Part shown: positions 16,419 through 23,310 of the stretch, in pieces
Position numbering within the stretch: position 1 is the stretch's first letter
Layout: every line of letters begins with the position of its first letter
From: a virus
Lineage: Duplodnaviria; Heunggongvirae; Uroviricota; Caudoviricetes
Virus record (IMG/VR): IMGVR_UViG_3300000553_000015
Strand: one strand, 5' to 3'
DNA: 23,310 nucleotides
Notes under the pieces: generated by a model
Told to the model about the DNA's origin: nothing
Seen by the model: only the letters and a program-made list of their open reading frames with translations
Database searches by the model: none
Translations under genes and position numbers: made by a program

Positions 16419-16694
16419 TTATTTATCATTTTGTTTAAAAATATTGGACCATTTTTGCAATTTTACTATTTTAGCAGCAGCAGCTTCATCAACTTTATCT
16501 TTATTGATAACGCCATTCTGTTCTAACAGAGTAATTAATGCTTTAAGGTCTCCAATTTCTTCTTCTAGGTGTTCACGATTAGTTTCACCTTTCCAAGAAG
16601 TATCAATGCCAAATCTAAAAATTTTTGAAATTGCCAAAATTATTTCAGCTGCTTCTTCAGCTGCTATTTGCAATAGTTCGGTTTCTATATTCAT
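16419..16694 (-). CDS. MazG-like nucleotide pyrophosphohydrolase
   Basis: [18 protein letters not shown]...[12 protein letters not shown] (EE..E and EE..D metal-binding motifs). Confidence 0.78.
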   Translation of the reverse strand: MNIETELLQIAAEEAAEIILAISKIFRFGIDTSWKGETNREHLEEEIGDLKALITLLEQNGVINKDKVDEAAAAKIVKLQKWSNIFKQNDK

Positions 16695-16725
16695 TTTATT
16701 TAATCCAATGTTTTATTAGATGAAT

Positions 16726-16754
16726 ATTATACTATAGATTACTATATCTGTCAA
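16726..16754 (-). promoter_or_regulatory. Perfect sigma70 promoter TTGACA-N17-TATAAT
   Basis: -35 at 16749-16754, -10 at 16726-16731; faces mazG-like gene and dnaK. Confidence 0.8.
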
Positions 16755-16803
16755 GAAAAATATAAATAAAGATGTAGTTCGCGGAATGGGGATTCCCAAC
16801 TAC
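16749..16803 (+). repeat. 55-nt endonuclease leader, copy 2
   Basis: TATAAATA 16761-16768; hairpin GTAGTT 16774-16779/AACTAC 16798-16803 with inner GGAAT/ATTCC. Confidence 0.85.
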
Positions 16804-16828
16804 TTTAATACTGAAAAGGAGTATCAAC

Positions 16829-17680
16829 ATGAGTATTTATGATAATACTATAACACCAACATTTTTATATATAAAACAACATTCGGTTACCGGCTTAAAA
16901 TATTTTGGCAAAACAACTAGAAATCCTATTAAATATATGGGTTCTGGGAAATATTGGAAAACACATATTGTCAAACATGGAATAGAATTTGTAGAAACGG
17001 TATGGGTTTCCGAACCATATACGGATAAAAATCAAATTAAAGAAATTGCATTAAAATTTTCAATAGAAAACAATATAGTAGAATCTAACGAATGGGCTAA
17101 TTTAATACCAGAAAATGGGCTAGATGGTGGAAATTCAACGGGTAGAAAACATTCTGATGAAACAATTGAAAAAATAAAATTTGCAAAGTCATCCAAGACG
17201 CACGTAGAAAAAATGTCAATTAAAGAAAAGATAGCCGCCGCAAGAAATTCTAAATCTATCACAGAAAAACTTGATATTGAACATAGAAGAATGACTACTT
17301 TGCTATCTAAAACACTGGAAGAAAAAAAGGCAATTAAAGAAAAGACAGCTACTACTAAAAAATCAAAAACATTAGAAGAAAAATTAGTAATAAAAGAAAA
17401 ATTTAAACAGTCAATACTGAACCGAACTCCTGAACAACGCCTTCAATCTAAACTAAAACAAGCCAATTCTGTCAAAGAACAAACTCCTGAGCAAAGAATA
17501 GCCATTAAAGAAAAAACATGTAAAACATACATAGTGACATCACCGGATGGTAAAGCAACCACTATTTTAGGATTATCACCATTTTGCCGAGAAAACAACT
17601 TAAATGTTGGAAATATGCACGCGGTCATACGAGGAACACGTGCACATCATAAAGGTTGGACTTGCACAAAAGTTAACTGA
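16829..17680 (+). mobile_element. Intact free-standing GIY-YIG-type homing endonuclease gene
   Basis: FLY-x10-YFG motif with N-terminal domain similar to the 12719 gene; six 19-aa helical repeats; C-terminal NUMOD1-like domain (YIVTSPDG...FCRENNL...HHKGW); AAGGAG RBS. Confidence 0.82.
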
Positions 17681-17738
17681 TAATTTCTGAGCATTCTTCT
17701 ATAGTAATACTCAATATCTCGTGTATTTGTGGATCCAT
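17673..17738 (-). pseudogene. 5' remnant of a MazG-like gene truncated at the endonuclease boundary
   Basis: GGAG RBS then MDPQIHEILSITIEECSEIIS-stop. Aligns with the [19 protein letters not shown] start of the 16419..16694 gene and stops inside the endonuclease's last codons. Confidence 0.72.
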
Positions 17739-17761
17739 TTAAATCTCCAATGTAAGTTTGT

Positions 17762-17790
17762 ATTATAACATAGGAGATTTAAATTGTCAA
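17762..17790 (-). promoter_or_regulatory. Perfect sigma70 promoter TTGACA-N17-TATAAT
   Basis: -35 at 17785-17790, -10 at 17762-17767; faces the mazG remnant. Confidence 0.8.
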
Positions 17791-17794
17791 TCAG

Positions 17795-18268
17795 TTATTC
17801 ACCAAATAATTCTGCTTGTGCTCTTAACATTTCATCTCGTAATGAATTTAATCCAAATTCATAATTATATGTTAATGCATCTGCACATACAATATTTGTT
17901 TCTACGATATGTCTTAGATGTTCTTGACCACATAATAGTCTATCCCTGCATATTGCCACATTATCAGGCATTAATTCAACTCCATAAATACCTGATAATG
18001 CTGTTTCAAAATCAATACCGTTTTCAAGTTTGCGAATCAACACTTCTGCTAAGAATTGACCATCACCACATGAATTATCAATAAAGTTTTTTGAAGGATC
18101 TTTAAACAACTCAGGAGATAATGTATCTAACATCTCTTGTACTAGATCAGTAGGTGTAAATACTTCAGCTGTTTGTTTAATTCGTTTCTTATCTCTAGAA
18201 ACACTACTCATAAATGCATGTTTTCGTAAATGTGTTGTTGCATCTACTACACTTATGATATCGGCCAT
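17795..18268 (-). CDS. Short N6-adenine DNA methyltransferase-like protein (SAM-binding half only)
   Basis: TAEVFTP (motif X), FIDNSCGDGQFL (motif I), YGVELMPDN (II), NIVCADAL (III); ends without an NPPY/DPPY motif IV. Confidence 0.72.
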   Translation of the reverse strand: MADIISVVDATTHLRKHAFMSSVSRDKKRIKQTAEVFTPTDLVQEMLDTLSPELFKDPSKNFIDNSCGDGQFLAEVLIRKLENGIDFETALSGIYGVELMPDNVAICRDRLLCGQEHLRHIVETNIVCADALTYNYEFGLNSLRDEMLRAQAELFGE

Positions 18269-21200
18269 TACACAGCTCCTTCAATAAACTCTTTTACTTC
18301 ATTATTTGTCCAAGATTTTGAGATATCAAATGGAGGCAAATATTTTAATGCATATGCAAATCCATAACCATCAAGTTCTTTCCACTTTCTTGTATGTTCT
18401 AAGAAGTACTCAGAAAAAATGAATGATTTGATATTATTAACTTCAGTTTCATTATTTACTTTTATACACATATACCCGACATCAAAATCAAGATCTGAAA
18501 CAATTGATGCTTCTTCAGTAATCATTTTTGTCATTGCAATAGAAAACTTTAATTCCCCAAAAAAGTATGGGGTATTTTTTGTATAGTACGTTAATAATGG
18601 CACACCTTTATTCAATTTATATAATGCATTTGTATGTACGGCATCTTTAACTTTAACAGACGACTTCCCAAAGTTATTTTGACAAAACATACGTTTTGAT
18701 GGTTTGTCTGTTAATTCTTTTAATTTATAATATAATGTTACAAAATCTTTATCAACTTTGCTATATTTTACTATAGCGTTGTTTTGTGGTTGATAATCTA
18801 TAACATCATCGTACATAACTTTAACATCACCAGTATATGTTCTATCAATAGTCCATGAACATATTCCAACACCAACATTAAAATATTTATTGACGTTATA
18901 ATTTACTAATTTAAGACCATGTTCTCCAATTATTGAATATCTTGAAGAATTCTTAAGTAGTGATTCTGGTGTTACTAATGTTATTGACCCATCAGGACTT
19001 AATATTTCTAAAAGTTTCTTACAAATAAACGTATAGATCTTATTTTGACCACCATCTTTAGTACCGTCTTGGTATGGTGGGTTTCCTATTGCCACGTGAA
19101 ATTCTTTACCTTGCATTTTGAAATCCTTTTCAATATTGCATAGATCTTTATAGTCTACGACTTCAAACCCAAGTGATTTCAAATATTGTTTGTGATAGTC
19201 AAATATTTCTACACAAATAATTTTTGAATCTGGGTATTGCTCTCTTAAAGCTAATGGAATACTACCATTAAGTGCATTAATAACAAGAATAATACTTTTG
19301 TCTTTTGCACCTGAGATATTACTAACTAATTCATCAGCTAACGCAAAATCCGTATATACTAATCCTTTTCTTTGTTTGAATTCTGAATTATCAAACAACA
19401 GTGGGTATATTTGTCTTTCTGTTAATGATGAATATGCATTCTTTTTTTCTTTGAAATCTTTATTAAGCATTTTTTTAAATTCTCGTGAATTTTTTGCAGC
19501 TTTTAAGATTGCATCGATTACTTCCTTGCCATATATTGCAATAAGATCTTCATTTTTGAAGACTTTACGATAATCATAGCATTTTGTATAATAACATACT
19601 ACTCTTGAATCTCCTATTAAAGACTGTATTGTATCTTTAATATTTAACTCTAAGTTTGCTACTTCTTTAGGAGTTGGGATATTCCCATTTATTCTTGTAA
19701 TAATTTTAGATTTGGATCCGTTTGAATCACTAACCTCATGTGTACATTTTTTATTACCAGAATTAACCAACTCTAACTTAGCAAACTCATTGATATCAAA
19801 TGATGATACTACTTTTTTCAATTGTACATCTGGTAGTTTGCCATTTTTAACTTGCTTTTCACACCATTCTTGAGTATATTCTAAAATCTGAATTGAATTA
19901 ACATCTCGTCTTGACCCATCTACATCAAAGTCGGTAAATGAAATCATATCTAAGAATGATAAAATTTGTTCACCATTTGACCCATCCGCTTTAGCAAGTC
20001 TTCCAATCATTATTTGTAGGTTATACCCAGGTGTTAATGAATACACTTTAACTCTATCTTTACCTTTGTAAATACGAATTAATCTACCTAGTAACTGCTC
20101 AAAACCACAAAGGCTTTCGATTTTGTCAAACATTACTAAATGCCCTAGTGATGGGATATCAGTACCAGTTGTAAATTTTCTACAAGTTAATATTATAACA
20201 TTCTTACCAATATTATCATCTAACAATCCCTGAATAAAATCTCCAGTTGTTATGTATTTTGGACATTGATCACTAATTTCATAACTAGAAATAAATACTG
20301 TATGAGTTTGATATGAATTAAGAGTTTTTGCCAATAATGGAATATAATAATCTGCTGAAATTTCACCAGCGCCAATTGGTAATACCCACATTCCATTTCT
20401 TTTAGCTACGTCACTTAATGAAGTATCATTGGTAATACTCATTGAATTTTTAAATTTAGATTGGTTGGTATTATAACACAATTCAACAATTCGGTGTAGT
20501 TCAAGAGAATGTACAAAATTACCCTCTTGCATTGCAAATAACTTTTGTGGAGAAAATCCTTCTTCAATTGAATATATATCTTTTAATACTGGTGATACGT
20601 TGCAGAATGGGGTGTTAAAAGTTTCCATTTTTATAGATGGAATCTTAGTATAATGGGTATTTCTAACAGCCCATGGAAGCCCACGTAGTATACATTGATC
20701 TGGATCGTATTGATCCATAATTTCATATGGAGTTGCGGTCAAATCTAATGTATAAGTTGCGTTAATGTTTTCAAATTTTGCAGAAGTGACGTCACCTTCG
20801 TATTGAAAATGTCTTTCGTCACAAATCCATAAATCTACATTTCCAGTAAGTTCTACATATTTTTCACGAATTTTGTTCTTTGCAGTGTTCATTTGGTCAT
20901 AACGAATATCCTGAACACTAAGTACCACTATAATAATCTCTTTATTTGCAGCACGTCTATGAATTTCAGATATCGACGTCTTACTAAATTCTTTAGATTC
21001 CATAATTGTGATAATAACCTTTCGGTCACCGCCAAAATGATAAGAATTAACATTTGAAATCAATGTTTTCATCGTATCAACGATTGGTGTTGTAACTAAA
21101 CATACTCCACCGTTTGTTAATAGATTAGCTGTGATTTCTAGTGAAGTAAGTGTTTTACCAAAACTTGGATATGCAGCCAACAAACAGCGGCCTGTACTTT

Positions 21201-21717
21201 TGAGAATATTAACTGCTTCAGTAATAACTGGAGCTTGATAGATTCTTGGTACTGATGGTTTATGGATATTGAATGATATTTCTAACTTGAAATACTGCTT
21301 TACAACATTTATTAGATCAGTCATATGACTTTCGTCATTATACCCAATCATAGATTCGCCATTTGTTCCGTCTATTTGATATCCTGGAAAAAGGGCATCA
21401 AAACCAATCTCTTGTTTTACATATAAATCATGAATAAATTTTCTGACTTCATCATCTACTTCAGTTGTTAAAACAACTGACTTATCATAGACGATAATGA
21501 GAGAAGCTACATAATCTTCGTGCAAATTAGATTGATGCTTTGTATATCTATCTTCAAATGCTTCTGATGGAGTAAACCCAGATAAGTCTTTACTATTTCG
21601 TTGACCTAGTTTACCATTTACTACATATAAAATACCATGGCTAGATGTTAATTTGCCAATATTATGATTATTTGAAAACCATACGATTTTCGCTTTTGAT
21701 CCATCTATAGTGATCAT
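18268..21717 (-). CDS. SF2 helicase / N6-adenine methyltransferase fusion (restriction-modification-like)
   Basis: Walker A AAYPSFGKT, DERH, LTATP, KFTTGTDIP, QLLGRLIR; C-terminal MTase with GNPPYQ (about 19069-19086) and a probable target-recognition domain. N-terminal ~150 aa possibly a nuclease (unconfirmed). Confidence 0.8.
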   Translation of the reverse strand: MITIDGSKAKIVWFSNNHNIGKLTSSHGILYVVNGKLGQRNSKDLSGFTPSEAFEDRYTKHQSNLHEDYVASLIIVYDKSVVLTTEVDDEVRKFIHDLYVKQEIGFDALFPGYQIDGTNGESMIGYNDESHMTDLINVVKQYFKLEISFNIHKPSVPRIYQAPVITEAVNILKSTGRCLLAAYPSFGKTLTSLEITANLLTNGGVCLVTTPIVDTMKTLISNVNSYHFGGDRKVIITIMESKEFSKTSISEIHRRAANKEIIIVVLSVQDIRYDQMNTAKNKIREKYVELTGNVDLWICDERHFQYEGDVTSAKFENINATYTLDLTATPYEIMDQYDPDQCILRGLPWAVRNTHYTKIPSIKMETFNTPFCNVSPVLKDIYSIEEGFSPQKLFAMQEGNFVHSLELHRIVELCYNTNQSKFKNSMSITNDTSLSDVAKRNGMWVLPIGAGEISADYYIPLLAKTLNSYQTHTVFISSYEISDQCPKYITTGDFIQGLLDDNIGKNVIILTCRKFTTGTDIPSLGHLVMFDKIESLCGFEQLLGRLIRIYKGKDRVKVYSLTPGYNLQIMIGRLAKADGSNGEQILSFLDMISFTDFDVDGSRRDVNSIQILEYTQEWCEKQVKNGKLPDVQLKKVVSSFDINEFAKLELVNSGNKKCTHEVSDSNGSKSKIITRINGNIPTPKEVANLELNIKDTIQSLIGDSRVVCYYTKCYDYRKVFKNEDLIAIYGKEVIDAILKAAKNSREFKKMLNKDFKEKKNAYSSLTERQIYPLLFDNSEFKQRKGLVYTDFALADELVSNISGAKDKSIILVINALNGSIPLALREQYPDSKIICVEIFDYHKQYLKSLGFEVVDYKDLCNIEKDFKMQGKEFHVAIGNPPYQDGTKDGGQNKIYTFICKKLLEILSPDGSITLVTPESLLKNSSRYSIIGEHGLKLVNYNVNKYFNVGVGICSWTIDRTYTGDVKVMYDDVIDYQPQNNAIVKYSKVDKDFVTLYYKLKELTDKPSKRMFCQNNFGKSSVKVKDAVHTNALYKLNKGVPLLTYYTKNTPYFFGELKFSIAMTKMITEEASIVSDLDFDVGYMCIKVNNETEVNNIKSFIFSEYFLEHTRKWKELDGYGFAYALKYLPPFDISKSWTNNEVKEFIEGAV

Positions 21718-21785
21718 GTGCCTTTCCTTGTGCCTAAATTTATAATTTCCCTATAAATTGGAAGTCATTTTCCAATTAAGTTTGT

Positions 21786-21814
21786 ATTATATAATAAAAT
21801 ATAATGTTTGTCAA
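21786..21814 (-). promoter_or_regulatory. Perfect sigma70 promoter TTGACA-N17-TATAAT
   Basis: -35 at 21809-21814, -10 at 21786-21791; faces the helicase-MTase gene. Confidence 0.8.
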
Positions 21815-21817
21815 CTA

Positions 21818-21840
21818 AAAAGGGGAATAAATCCCCTTTT
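21818..21840 (-). terminator. Rho-independent terminator after rpsU
   Basis: AAAAGGGGA-N5-TCCCCTTTT with A/T tracts on both sides, immediately after the rpsU stop. Confidence 0.8.
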
Positions 21841-21841
21841 A

Positions 21842-22066
21842 TTAATGCTTTTTTGGTAATGCTTCTTTCTGCAGTTTTTTCTTTAATCTAGCTTTAGCCG
21901 AACCTTTAGCTCTTTTGCGTTCAGTTGTTGGCTTTGTATAGAATTCTTTTTCACGTAGATCATCAAGTTTTCCCGATTCTTCTACTTTCTTTTTAAATTT
22001 TCTTAGAGCTTGGTTTATATTATCATTCTCTTTTAAATAAACCCCAGTTCTAATTCTCTGATTCAT
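21842..22066 (-). CDS. rpsU: Ribosomal protein bS21
   Basis: VYLKENDNINQALRKFKKKVEESGKLDDLREKEFYTKPTTERKRAK. Start placed at MNQR (22066; 22069 also possible). Confidence 0.88.
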   Translation of the reverse strand: MNQRIRTGVYLKENDNINQALRKFKKKVEESGKLDDLREKEFYTKPTTERKRAKGSAKARLKKKLQKEALPKKH

Positions 22067-22478
22067 CATCATCTTCGTCATTGTCCTCATCGTCAATATT
22101 TTGTTGTAGTTGTTCAGCTACCCAGTCTAAATTATAAATCCTATTTTTTGATATTAGATTATATGGAGTTAGTTCATCAGTTGTAATATAATGTACATTT
22201 GGTTGTGCTAACAGAAATGTAATAAATTGTTTAGTTATATCGTTGCAATTATCAACATCAATAATTACAACGTCAACCATAAATGATACACTAAGCAACC
22301 AATCAATATCATTTTCGTCATTTTCATAAATGAATACATTTAAATCATCTATGCTTTTACTCAAAATAGTTTGAAATTGCTGTTTAACATGAAGTGATGG
22401 GCATATCAAAAGATAGCTTACATTCAGATTAAAGATTTTATCTGGGGGTGATATTATTGTTATCTGTCCTAAATTCAT
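22050..22478 (-). CDS. Hypothetical protein with acidic tail
   Basis: 142-aa ORF with AGAGGA RBS; overlaps the rpsU start; no family recognised. Confidence 0.7.
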   Translation of the reverse strand: MNLGQITIISPPDKIFNLNVSYLLICPSLHVKQQFQTILSKSIDDLNVFIYENDENDIDWLLSVSFMVDVVIIDVDNCNDITKQFITFLLAQPNVHYITTDELTPYNLISKNRIYNLDWVAEQLQQNIDDEDNDEDDDESEN

Positions 22479-22510
22479 ATTTCCTCTTAGTAATTTATGT
22501 ATAGTATTTA

Positions 22511-22966
22511 TTAACTGATAATATCTAATGATACTTTTTGTAAACCATTGATACCAATTGATTTAGCAGCTGATTTTGATAAATCAATAATACGATGTTT
22601 AACATATGGACCACGATCATTTATAACAACTACAATAGATTGGTTATTATGTAAGTTAGTGACTTTAACTTTTGTTCCAAATGGTAATTTACGATGTGCT
22701 GCGGTATTTTTATATGGGCTGAAAACATCACCGTTTGCAGTCCTTGGTACTCTTCTGCCTTTTCTAACAGATTCATATCCATACCAACTAGCTATACCAA
22801 TATTACTATATGCTGAGTTATGATTTACTACTGATTTTTTAGTAGTAAATTTTTTATGTTTATGTTCAATATGTGAAACTTTATGAACATGGTTCTTAGT
22901 TTTTGCTTCCGTATAAGAAGCCGATAGACTAGCAATAATTGCTAGAATTATAAGTGAATATTTCAT
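22511..22966 (-). CDS. rlpA: RlpA-like lytic transglycosylase (DPBB domain)
   Basis: Signal peptide from ATG 22966 (AAGGAG RBS); GIASWYG, TANGDVF, TAAHRKLPFGTKVKVTNL, VVINDRGPY, RIIDLSKSAA. Confidence 0.9.
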   Translation of the reverse strand: MKYSLIILAIIASLSASYTEAKTKNHVHKVSHIEHKHKKFTTKKSVVNHNSAYSNIGIASWYGYESVRKGRRVPRTANGDVFSPYKNTAAHRKLPFGTKVKVTNLHNNQSIVVVINDRGPYVKHRIIDLSKSAAKSIGINGLQKVSLDIIS

Positions 22967-22969
22967 TTT

Positions 22970-23230
22970 TTCTCCTTTCACTTGGTGCATTCTAGAGCAG
23001 CAATGCATTACATTAAGGGAGATAACAACCAAGGTTTTTTAAACCCTTTGTCACTGGCGTTTTCTCCATCAGTCATAACTTCTGTCACAAGTTATGCCTT
23101 TGGCGAGTATGGCTTCCCGACTTTCGGGTTTCTACATTGGCCAAGACTCGCAGGTTCAAATAAACTGCATTTGAACCAACTACTCTTAGTTTCTTTCGAA
23201 ACGATCTGTTTATATCTCAATAAAAAGATA
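22970..23230 (-). ncRNA. Long structured 5' leader of rlpA (candidate cis-regulatory RNA)
   Basis: Stems at 23153-23177 (9 bp), 23103-23108/23146-23151 enclosing 23116-23128, 23074-23096 (8 bp), GGAGA 23063-23067/UCUCC, and UGCAUU/AAUGCA. GC-richer than its flanks. Confidence 0.6.
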
Positions 23231-23262
23231 TAGCACTAAGTATTTATTACTTAATGTTTGAT

Positions 23263-23291
23263 ATTATACTACTATATTATATATTTGTCAA
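23263..23291 (-). promoter_or_regulatory. Perfect sigma70 promoter TTGACA-N17-TATAAT
   Basis: -35 at 23286-23291, -10 at 23263-23268; a late-like AATAAATA follows at 23241-23248. Confidence 0.8.
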
Positions 23292-23310
23292 TGTTTAATT
23301 TACTGAACTG

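Noticed and set aside
12638-16803. 55-nt repeats as CRISPR repeats, IS ends or att sites
   Set aside because: Two direct copies 4.1 kb apart with no spacer array, transposase or integrase; each precedes an endonuclease gene, so they are shared leaders.
22064-22093. TCA/TCG trinucleotide-like repeat
   Set aside because: It only encodes the Asp/Glu tail of the 22050..22478 protein.
1587-22823. Antisense shadow ORFs (e.g. 1587..1913, 2097..2540, 3478..3891, 5715..6110, 8536..8787, 9618..9890, 14345..14713, 17758..18084, 19298..19573, 22548..22823)
   Set aside because: They lie opposite well-supported genes and lack RBS and family motifs.
22982-23233. 83-aa plus-strand ORF, and tRNA or tmRNA in this GC-richer gap
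   Set aside because: No RBS or protein motif, and it is antisense to the rlpA leader. No cloverleaf, T-loop GTTCRA in the right context, or CCA end was seen.

Overview
AT-rich window (roughly 30% GC by eye), most consistent with the accessory region of a large T4-like/jumbo phage of a Proteobacterium. Phage evidence: T4-type late-promoter motifs (TATAAATA), free-standing GIY-YIG-type homing endonuclease genes, and bS21 and DnaK out of their usual chromosomal context (no dnaJ/grpE). Nearly all genes are on the minus strand. Envelope and metabolic genes: a curli-type secretion cluster (csgF, csgG, curlin-repeat protein, FecR-domain protein, PA14-curlin fusion), a CHASE2 class III nucleotide cyclase, a PlcP-like phosphoesterase paired with an Agt-like GT4 glycosyltransferase, a stand-alone 24-aa PqqA precursor peptide missed by the ORF track, a RimK-like ligase, and heme oxygenase plus a PcyA/PcyX-type bilin reductase. 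Other genes: ClpS/Hsp20/DnaK (ROSE-like thermometers before hsp20 and dnaK), a MazG-like gene apparently split and re-headed by a homing endonuclease insertion, a helicase-methyltransferase fusion with a small partner MTase, bS21 and RlpA. Two unannotated structured-RNA candidates lie at 695-780 and 22970-23230. All family calls come from motif recognition by eye; no searches were run.
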